From assembly GCA_045533555.1 (NCBI GenBank), contig JAZSHZ010000209.1, positions 1 to 56,981 on the forward strand: DNA of 56,981 bases, in the 5' to 3' direction. Numbering within the stretch: the stretch's first letter is position 1; each line of letters opens with the position of its first letter. This DNA is from Eubacteriales bacterium. GTDB lineage: Bacteria; Bacillota; Clostridia; Oscillospirales; JAAYXM01. Made by a program: the position numbers and the translations under genes. The notes beneath the pieces were generated by a model. It was given only the letters and a program-made list of their open reading frames with translations, did no database searches and had not been told where the DNA came from. Positions 9,501 to 15,352 of the stretch are shown here, piece after piece.

Positions 9501-11665
9501 CCATCAGACATCTTGACCTTCGCCGCAACACTTTCAGCTCTTCCGACCGTGAGCTTTTCGCTTCCCGAAACTTCAACCTTTTCAACTTCGGGCTTGCTTT
9601 CAACAGGAGTGAATTCCATCCATATCGGAACAAAGTTCGGTGTTGCATAATGCTTTACTCTTGTGCGGAAGGAGATTTCGACATCACCTGCCGGTATATA
9701 AAGAGTATTGAGCTTTTTCTTTTCTCCGACTGAGAGAGCAGCACCCGTTTCGAAGAAATTATAGTCACCTGCATACTCGCCATTTACATAGACTGCAAAA
9801 TCGGAGCCTGCAGACCACTTATAGCCAAGCATTTCAATTGCATAGTAGCCCGCCGCGGAGAAATTCTTCCTGATGGTAAACATTGCTTCCTGCGAATCAG
9901 GCCTTGTCTGCCACGGGTCACCCGCAATCTGAATCTGCTGATACGGAAGAGCCATACCGTTTGCAAGTGTAACCGAGCTCTTGCGCGAGATACCCGTCGT
10001 CGTCTTTCCCGCAACAATATCAAATCCATATGTATTCCATGTTGAAGGAGCTGTCTTATCCTTGCCTATCGTGTGTGTGCCGTTGAGGTCAAGGCGCGTA
10101 TACGCGGGCTTCGTCTCATCAACGGGAGTGAGAGTGATTCCCGAAAGAAGGAACATCTGATATGTCGTCGAGCTTCTGTACCAGCTCTTCGCATTTTTCG
10201 CGATGGCATCCTTGTCTATATCAAAGAAGAGATAATACTCGCCCGCCTTCGGAACGTCAATATAACCGATATCCGATATATACGGAGCATCTGCGCTCGT
10301 TGCGAGGTTATTGACATCATAATAGCCAACTTCATCGGCAACGGTTACGAAATCACCAAACAGTGCGCCATTTGTTACGCCACCGCTTGAAGCTTTGTTT
10401 GTTATTGCAAAGTTTGCGTTTCCAAAATAAACCTTTGCGACGGTACCTTTATCGAAAGAACCCTTAACCGCACCGTTTTTTTGTTCTCCGAGCGAAACAA
10501 CACCCGCGACCACCGGATGCGACTTTGTGAATGCATTTGATGCCGAGAGCCTGAATCTGCCGCCATAAGGCACATTGAGCTTTATCGCAACCCATGGATG
10601 TGCCGCATAGTCTGCGCTCTCATAAGAATTCCCCGCGCTGTCGGTTGCAATTTTAAGCTGCGTTGCATAGCCTGCATCCTTGATTGAAGGACCATTATCC
10701 ATAGGCATACGTCCGACTATTTCATAGCCTTCCGTTTTTGCCGGGTCGAGCATCGGAGCAACGCCGGAAATCTTTTCCTTATAGCTTACATACATAAGCT
10801 CGAGGTTATCAATTTCCGAGCCTGCCGTTGCCGCAGTGGATGCCTGACGGGAAGCATAGTTTGCTATTGCATCCTCGTGGTATGCACCCGGAGTAATATT
10901 ATACGAAAGGGTCGGCTTTTCGCTTATAGCTTGCTCCGAAAGAGAGAAGGAGCGAAGCTTGAGCGTTATGAAATATCTGTTTGCTGTTGTGTATATATCC
11001 TTTTTGATATTTGCATTTGCACCATTCAGAAGAAGAACGAGATAATATTTCTTCGAAGCATCAACCGAAACCTTAGAAAAGCTTACTGTTTTAAGCTCAC
11101 CATTTCCGTATGCATCGAATGAGCCTATTTTAGTTGTTGCCGCCTTTGCAGCTACGTTGTTTCTGATAGCCTTGTTTCCCCATGCAATCGTCGGACACTG
11201 CCACGTGCTTGCAGGAGCTTCAAAGAAAAGAACATCATATTTTCCGCCCGAATTCTCGGTGAGAAAGCTTATATTCGGGACAAAGCTTCCCGTTTTGCTT
11301 GGCTGAATCTCGAAGACAACCGTTCTGACAGTTGCCTGCGTGCCGTCAAAATCCGCGGAAGTTCCGTCAGCTAAATTAATTGTCCACAGGAAATTGTTGA
11401 TATCGGCGGAAACAGTTGATCCCGACGCCTGGTTAACAAATCCCCATTTGCTCGAAACTCCTGTTTTTGTTGAATCAAGAGCGGCATTTGTTCCAAGCGT
11501 TGTGCTGTTATACATCGCCGTCAATGCCGAATATCCGTGCGACGGAGCCGTGAACAGATATTCGTCAACGATGGTGTTCTCTGCCGCAGATGCAAAGAGA
11601 GTCATTGTCGGAAGCATCGAAATGACCATTGCAAGGGCGAGAACAATCGATAAAATTCTCTTCAT
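2960..11665 (-). CDS. Giant SLH-anchored surface protein A (2,901 aa): signal peptide, four CBM-like modules, Big_2 Ig repeats, Cys4 ribbon plus heparinase II/III-like core, He_PIG Ig domain, 3x SLH
   Basis: Uninterrupted 8.7-kb ORF. SD AAAGGAGGA (11672-11680). Signal peptide MKRILSIVLALAMVISMLPTMTLFASA. Big_2-like ...IATVD..TG.VT....GTA.ITVTA... repeats. Core motifs YYFTGDKKYGRVAAILLDRVADF and SHAHLDSLNIGMTAFGLNILPDLGYPE...LSHNTVVVNG. He_PIG-like IPRGATLDETTGVIVWKPTSSQVGNNHFAVTATD. C-terminal FIDLGNHAWAADAINALADEGIIKG (SLH). Confidence 0.95.
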   Translation of the reverse strand: MKRILSIVLALAMVISMLPTMTLFASAAENTIVDEYLFTAPSHGYSALTAMYNSTTLGTNAALDSTKTGVSSKWGFVNQASGSTVSADINNFLWTINLADGTSADFDGTQATVRTVVFEIQPSKTGSFVPNISFLTENSGGKYDVLFFEAPASTWQCPTIAWGNKAIRNNVAAKAATTKIGSFDAYGNGELKTVSFSKVSVDASKKYYLVLLLNGANANIKKDIYTTANRYFITLKLRSFSLSEQAISEKPTLSYNITPGAYHEDAIANYASRQASTAATAGSEIDNLELMYVSYKEKISGVAPMLDPAKTEGYEIVGRMPMDNGPSIKDAGYATQLKIATDSAGNSYESADYAAHPWVAIKLNVPYGGRFRLSASNAFTKSHPVVAGVVSLGEQKNGAVKGSFDKGTVAKVYFGNANFAITNKASSGGVTNGALFGDFVTVADEVGYYDVNNLATSADAPYISDIGYIDVPKAGEYYLFFDIDKDAIAKNAKSWYRSSTTYQMFLLSGITLTPVDETKPAYTRLDLNGTHTIGKDKTAPSTWNTYGFDIVAGKTTTGISRKSSVTLANGMALPYQQIQIAGDPWQTRPDSQEAMFTIRKNFSAAGYYAIEMLGYKWSAGSDFAVYVNGEYAGDYNFFETGAALSVGEKKKLNTLYIPAGDVEISFRTRVKHYATPNFVPIWMEFTPVESKPEVEKVEVSGSEKLTVGRAESVAAKVKMSDGSYRGFGLSDNASEDVKNTVSVIIEDENIATVSDLKYAQPESENDIAFTVNAKTVGDTNIKITVNTDGNEPYTETVPIKIYPVPELQTVKVFVDKETIPATRTAQVSYELISNLESEWTEETEISFASYDESIATVDKTTGVVTGVSKGTAKITVTAISEGKQVIGGIDIEIEAAPVLESITLSADKSVLLPGDTAQITVEGMMNDGIAADMSGYTVSYKSSNIAAATVDKATGEVATIAAGMTVITAEAENEDGAKISGKLTLNVYETFPTISVDFSQSEYNGADGSGNRPAPTKTPGYTLVREESDTTMWRLGACSNTGFKAAYMWLRGGMWPATPKITNNAITILVDIPYEHDFNLKVHGGVWNLGGKFSVFVDDMYAGDYNCYDPSVTAMFDNGEQSLNTLHLEKGEHKISFRAREKHYSAGAILVVGTISFDPVAESGTVYEKIAYELPEEIAVGETVQGAVYAAMTDGSALHFGINNDGSADTANSASVSSMTSDVLGVSGFAAYTMGKTGKLPFTLTGKAEGEAEISLSVTVGGTETTETVKIKVVNDPIASVTAKTVADEVFLGDIALLEGEVKLQSGRVISEENAPITYSSSDESVATVSGNAITTLAVGKTTITATATFNGETKSTSFEVEVLPEGMTDITATSGGSPRIRLTDDATDRYPLYVSAKTNLGNDIDLTDAEVTAAALTPEFAKIAYEQYPDENGEWANYIEPVADGTARFEVTVKVDGRIRTKVIELPVVTAKTEASYMTAEKQEIARENIKKYDWAKSSAETYIKNADKYVDKLDEIYSLIASQEVPRSFSVGAEKDPNMYTCRYCGENLQEKYGNYPWVHNSITRPWKIQCPECDRYFPSNDFESFYKLGLNEYGEFIYQDALDAHHSLIHHGDAELECDCVAPTTKGTAEWKEYYGYGAEGGYLVNKLYSNLENVDTINCGQGLRPGETTATWGVDDGYGYVPYDENGKAYLSGTVVERHLYIAEFMHYGVFQTKAGDNGGVLTNAITNCAYAYYFTGDKKYGRVAAILLDRVADFYRDYDIKAFGNDVWNSDGGSNQGKRLGCIWECSILTNEVPAYDMVYDMYEDSQVIDYIAKNNTSRYSKQTAAQIRQNVEDNFIRGVLDEVYNRKIHGNFGMSQRNVAMAAVILDSFPETGEWLDYLFAPGWTTDVPVVGGGINEVLIEKICADGHSNEASDYGLLWLSGVSLVNNVLNGYDKYKKENLSENPKYQQMFLALMPLRAANSYSPQIGDGGNTADISHWANAGHMKTAYTQTKDPVFAQYLYMLNGNSVEDLKYDMYTKNPESLANEIQAIIDEYGEIELDSDIQTGFGYSILRDGHRFEDNVTSATSSETTRNVWMYFGSNGVSHAHLDSLNIGMTAFGLNILPDLGYPEQTGNDPNRIQWVRNTLSHNTVVVNGEKQEENSEIRGKVKHYDDADKVQVIDVDTSYVYDEAEAYRRSVVMINVDDENSYYVDLFRVLGGNSHIYSFHAQSNEISETEGIETVKQADEAGNYVGTYAGKDTKYGQDPKTANSWDYETEYPIGFTWLENVDRDENPEDKFEIDFAITDFNKTVKDSKNIHLRMTMLNGTNVAEGADVNVAITDGYAPRVAANKNIDKLKYVLIENENKNEELDTVFTTVLEPYKGNRILKSADELAMTATDGKEKKNDAARAVRVELADGRVDYVFYATNNNVTYTVTDGDTEIAFRGFVGVYTVENGVNTYKYVLDGDIIGEATGEKPAIVGTVIDFTKELASSNVIELSTEEPLTDAELSDLANRVVIIDNEEGMRDGAYKIVSAERSGDNILLNLGRTTLIRKYVDMYQPELGYVYTIAAGQEAIIPLSVSDDNAPVFDTVPNGLSTSAGSAITVKLNASSELEDVTVTYSGEKIPRGATLDETTGVIVWKPTSSQVGNNHFAVTATDSHGRESTIHFIVTVYGSTTGGGGGGAGPPSAPSTPTDKPTIPATPGADDKDDVPQTPGTTTPTTPTTPDVDSNVRFIDLGNHAWAADAINALADEGIIKGTSENTFSPAANITRADFAILLVRAFKLASESEENFADVSSSDYFAKELAIARNTGLVNGIGENKFAPRNNITRQDMMVIVYRALVGMNKLNVGDGVLDVPQASDYDKVADYAKDSVAALVNAKLVNGKNALIYPTANTTRAEVAVLIQRILDFVK
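4995..7240 (-). other. Heparinase II/III-like (polysaccharide-lyase fold) core of giant A, with Cys4 insert at 6938-7036
   Basis: Runs from ASYMTAEKQEIARENIKKYDWAK through the TGD.KYG toroid motif to FGYSILRDG...VSHAHLDSLNIG...PDLGYPE...RIQWVRNTLSHNTVVVNG...FRVLGGNSHIYSFHAQ. The H.H.D / PDLGYP / SHNT pattern matches my memory of the Hepar_II_III family. Confidence 0.7.
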
Positions 11666-11691
11666 AAAAGTTCCTCCTTTAGTGCATTATA

Positions 11692-11712
11692 GGGGAAGAA
11701 AAAATCTTCCCC
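11692..11712 (-). promoter_or_regulatory. Intercistronic stem-loop between the partner gene and giant A
   Basis: 8-bp GC-rich stem ggggaaga/tcttcccc with a 5-nt loop, in the 58-nt gap between the stop at 11724 and the start at 11665. No U-tract follows on the coding (minus) strand. It may be an mRNA processing or stability element, or a weak attenuator. Confidence 0.4.
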
Positions 11713-11723
11713 AATTTTCGCAT

Positions 11724-14306
11724 TTATTTGCTATATATCACATTACCGTTTGAAAGGATTGCATAACCGATTGCTTCACCGCTTACGTCATCGATTACGG
11801 AGAAGGTGTCTCCCTCTGTTTTCATCGAGATCTTGTGAGTTGCATTGTCGATATCCGTTCCGAAAAGGATTCCCTTTTCGACGACATCGGAAATTCCGAT
11901 AAATTCCGCAACTGCGGCGGTTTCTCCACCGACAAGTCTCGTTCCGAGAATAATCTTTCTCACTGTCTTTGCAACCGGAGTATAGTCGTTATAAACGGCC
12001 GTTACGGTCGTGTCCTTCCAAGCCTTGAAGCTGTAAGAAAGATCAAAGCTTACTATTTCTCCGTCGCGCTCCCAGTAGTTGAAGAGCTGCATTCCCGTGT
12101 TATTCTTGCGAGCGGGTGCAGTCACGGTTACCGTTTCACCATATGCCGGTGTCGCATTATCTGCAGTTCCGCCGATTACCGTTATCTCAAAGCTTTCGGA
12201 GGGCTCGTCCGAATATTCCGCAACGAAGCGCATAAGCTTTCCGCTTGCCCTGACTTCATCATCTGCGGTATAAGTCTCGCCGTCCGCATCAAGTGTCCAG
12301 CCCGTTGCAGTATCAAAGCCTGCAAGGCTCGGAAGCGCAGGAAGCATTATCGCATCGTTTTCATTATATTGACTGCGGGAGATTTCATCTCCGTTCGCAT
12401 TATAGAAGATGACATCCGTCTCTGCCGAGTTGTTATCCGCATACACTGCAGTAAGCCACATAGGACCTTTTTCAGCTTTGACGGAAAGCTTTGCATCATA
12501 AGAAGCGATCTTCTTGAATTCGCCCATACCCTGCGCCCAATAGAGGAAGGTATATCCCTCTTTTTCGGGAGCGGTATATGTAATATCGGAGCCTGCTGCG
12601 ACATCATCTGTGTCAAGAACACTGTTATCTGCTCCGCAGAGGATTTTTACATTTGATGTTGTGCTTGCCGGAGCTTTTTCCGTTGCATTGCCGGGGTTGA
12701 CGTTTGTAATGGAATCGTATTCAGCTTGTACTTTTTCTTGTTCTGTGTCTTCAACAAGCTTCAGCTCTACTCCCGAAAGAAGGAATAATTGACGGAACAC
12801 ACTGTTTCTTGATACAAACCAACACTTTTCGTTCTCAAGCGAGGACATATCAAATACAAGAATATATTCTCCCGGTTCAGTAGCCGTTACAGTTCCGAGC
12901 ATCGTCTTTGCAGGAGTTTCGGCATCTGTTGCAAGTACATTTGAATCATATATTCCAAGATATTCATAATTTTTGTAAACCTCGGCAAACGCAGCCAAAT
13001 TATTTACGGTTCCCGTTGACTTATATGTGAAATTGAAGCCATTTGCCTTTCCGAAATATGTCTTCACCTTTACACCTTCGTCAAATACACTTGCATCTGC
13101 ACCATTCGCCTGTGTTGAAGTCTTTTTCAAGCTCATTATCGTGTCTGAATCAGCTGTAAATCTATTTACTACGGAAAGCTCATATTCCCCTGCATACGGT
13201 ATGTTCAATTTTAGCATATATTGAGGTCTGGTTGCAATCGTTGTTCCCTCATAGTTTTTTGCCGTCCACTCTGTTGCAGACGTTCCTTTTCCGATATTGA
13301 ATTGTGTATGAACACCGATATCTTCAAGAACAAGTGCATTGTCATAACCGCTTCTTCCGTAAAGCTCAAATCCATCCGTCTTGTTTGCATCGAGTGCAGG
13401 ATTCTTGTCAAGCTTGCTCTTCCAACTTATATACTGATGTTCCAAGTTATCAATTACGCCGGAAGAAGTTGCGTTCGTACTTTCCTGCAACGAACCGAAA
13501 TCCGTTATTGCCGTTGAAGAAAGTGCATTAGTTGATATATCATAATTATAATATGCCTCTTTTGCATCGGGAGTTTCAGAAAGCATAAATGACTTCAAAT
13601 CCAAAGAACCAACATATCTCGAATCCAAATATTCCGTTGTCCAACCATCAGACGCGCCATTTGGTAAAATGACGAGATAATAATTTCCCGGTTGTACATC
13701 ATATCTTCGGAAAGATGCAGTTTTTATCTCAACCGACTCTCCGTATGCATCAATCATGCCAAGGCGCTGTTCCGGATGAGCAACGACATGATTAAACACA
13801 GCCTGACGTCTTGTTCTTGATGTTGTGCTCGTCCAACCTGCTGGATTTGTTATTGAAGACTTTTCTACTAAATAAACATCGTTTCTCATACCCGAGGACG
13901 ATGTTTTATATGTGATACTGGGAACAACATCGCCGGCAACATCAACTACCAGTTCAAGTATTAAGCCCGAACTTAATTTAGTGTTGTCCACGGCATCGAA
14001 CGCCTCAGGTCTTGCATTTTGGTCAGACGTCGAAACAAGGTGACGTAATCTTATATATTCATATCCAAGATCTCTTTTGTTTGCGCTCAAATCATTCACA
14101 TATGCCCACTTATCACCGACAACGGTTGCATCAAGCGAACAATCAGCTGTCGTCATGGAGATAAATGTCGTTTTGTCTGCTTCCAGTCCATGAGATGCGG
14201 CAGTGAAAATATATTCGTTATAGTCGCCATCCCCTGCCGCGAAGCTCATCGGCATTATTCCGACAATCATTGCACACGCAAGAATAATTGATAAAATTCT
14301 CTTCAT
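11724..14306 (-). CDS. Secreted partner protein A' (860 aa): two CBM-like modules paralogous to the N-terminus of giant A, InlB-B-repeat-like units, conserved C-terminal tail, no SLH
   Basis: Signal peptide MKRILSIILACAMIVGIMPMSFAA and SD GGGAGG (14315-14320). Collinear motif matches to giant A include EYIFTAASHG, IDNLEHQYISWKSKL, YMLKLNIPYAGEYELS and QLFLLSGVELKLVED. GYTFLYWAQG and LFNYWERDG repeats are present. Confidence 0.9.
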   Translation of the reverse strand: MKRILSIILACAMIVGIMPMSFAAGDGDYNEYIFTAASHGLEADKTTFISMTTADCSLDATVVGDKWAYVNDLSANKRDLGYEYIRLRHLVSTSDQNARPEAFDAVDNTKLSSGLILELVVDVAGDVVPSITYKTSSSGMRNDVYLVEKSSITNPAGWTSTTSRTRRQAVFNHVVAHPEQRLGMIDAYGESVEIKTASFRRYDVQPGNYYLVILPNGASDGWTTEYLDSRYVGSLDLKSFMLSETPDAKEAYYNYDISTNALSSTAITDFGSLQESTNATSSGVIDNLEHQYISWKSKLDKNPALDANKTDGFELYGRSGYDNALVLEDIGVHTQFNIGKGTSATEWTAKNYEGTTIATRPQYMLKLNIPYAGEYELSVVNRFTADSDTIMSLKKTSTQANGADASVFDEGVKVKTYFGKANGFNFTYKSTGTVNNLAAFAEVYKNYEYLGIYDSNVLATDAETPAKTMLGTVTATEPGEYILVFDMSSLENEKCWFVSRNSVFRQLFLLSGVELKLVEDTEQEKVQAEYDSITNVNPGNATEKAPASTTSNVKILCGADNSVLDTDDVAAGSDITYTAPEKEGYTFLYWAQGMGEFKKIASYDAKLSVKAEKGPMWLTAVYADNNSAETDVIFYNANGDEISRSQYNENDAIMLPALPSLAGFDTATGWTLDADGETYTADDEVRASGKLMRFVAEYSDEPSESFEITVIGGTADNATPAYGETVTVTAPARKNNTGMQLFNYWERDGEIVSFDLSYSFKAWKDTTVTAVYNDYTPVAKTVRKIILGTRLVGGETAAVAEFIGISDVVEKGILFGTDIDNATHKISMKTEGDTFSVIDDVSGEAIGYAILSNGNVIYSK

Positions 14307-14348
14307 TTAATTTTCCTCCCAAATTATATCAGATATTTATATAGAAGT

Positions 14349-15230
14349 TCATTGAGAACTTTTTATACGCTTTAAATATTCGCTTGGTGAAATTCCCACT
14401 CGTTTTGAAAAGGTAACCGAAAAATGCCCTTGTGAACGGAAAGAGAGATAATCCGCTATCTGCGTGAAATTGAGCGAGCTTTCTTCGATAAGCTGCTTTG
14501 CGCGCTCAATCTTCATATCAAGAAAATAATCCATTATCGCAAAATCGTATTTCTTTTTGAATTCGCGGCAGATATACGGAACACTTAGTGAAAGCTCCTC
14601 CGATATCCGTTCAAGCGTTACCCGCTCCGGAAGATGCGCCTTGAGATATTCAAGAACGTTCTCCGCAACAGACAGCCTTATCGGGATGAAATCCTCCTCA
14701 GTAAGAGTTCCGAGCTGAGCCTCGATCAACTTGATGCAGAATATTTCAAAGCGGTTTTTGAGCATCTGAATTTTTCCTCGCGAAACACCTTCGCGGATTT
14801 TACAACCCAGATTTGTCGCATCGCGCGAAATCGGCACAAAGCACATTGCACCTTCGGACGAAAAATCACTGAGCACCTTTCCGTCATCCTCACTGATATC
14901 TATCGGACGTGAGCAAAGCGAAAGAAGCTCTTTTTCGCGAAGAACGGAAAATCCGATAACATAGCACAGAAGCTCATCCGTCCGCTCGACAAGCATATGC
15001 GATGCATTCGGCGGAATGATTATAAGCTGCCCTTCTCCGAGAGTCACGTTTTCTCCATTGACAGAGTTGGTTCTTTTTCCTTTTCTGACATACTGAAGCT
15101 CGAAGAAATTATGTCTCTCCGGCGGATATATCATCGGATAATTATTTTGACTGCTGTCATTGAAAAAAGCAAATTTATCAACCGCAAAGAAATTCACTAT
15201 GTCATTTCTTCTATACATTGTTTTTTCCAT
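14349..15230 (-). CDS. AraC/XylS family transcriptional regulator (cupin plus HTH), cassette A
   Basis: C-terminal AraC HTH region (...LERISEELSLSVPYICREFKKKYDF...FTQIADYLSFRSQGHFSVTFSKRVGISPSEY) and an N-terminal cupin-like sensor. I chose the ATG at 15228-15230 (MEKTMYRRN) over the GTG at 15272, which has no SD. The ATG at 15218 is an alternative. Confidence 0.85.
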   Translation of the reverse strand: MEKTMYRRNDIVNFFAVDKFAFFNDSSQNNYPMIYPPERHNFFELQYVRKGKRTNSVNGENVTLGEGQLIIIPPNASHMLVERTDELLCYVIGFSVLREKELLSLCSRPIDISEDDGKVLSDFSSEGAMCFVPISRDATNLGCKIREGVSRGKIQMLKNRFEIFCIKLIEAQLGTLTEEDFIPIRLSVAENVLEYLKAHLPERVTLERISEELSLSVPYICREFKKKYDFAIMDYFLDMKIERAKQLIEESSLNFTQIADYLSFRSQGHFSVTFSKRVGISPSEYLKRIKSSQ

Positions 15231-15276
15231 ATGCTCACCACATCGCTTAATATAATGGTAACAATTATACACGATA

Positions 15277-15341
15277 ATTATAGCACAGCAAAAAACACAT
15301 ATCTATATATAATCTTATACAAAATATGCAGAATCTTACAC
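15277..15341 (-). promoter_or_regulatory. Promoter of the cassette-A AraC gene with conserved 23-bp block and phased half-site
   Basis: Extended -10 TGCTATAAT (15277-15285, minus strand). The 23-bp block ATTTTGTATAAGATTATATATAG (15303-15325) lies 20 nt upstream of the hexamer. A second half-site GTGTAAGATTC (15331-15341) lies 21 bp from TATAAGATTAT. Confidence 0.5.
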
Positions 15342-15352
15342 TTTCAATTTCA

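Noticed and set aside
14323-14331. Exact TGATATAAT extended -10 sequences directly before the SDs of partner A' (14331-14323) and AraC-B (30185-30177), which might be internal promoters.
   Set aside because: Only 2-6 nt separate the hexamer from the GGAGG, so a transcript started there would lose most of its SD. I cannot exclude short-leader transcripts, and TSS mapping would settle it.
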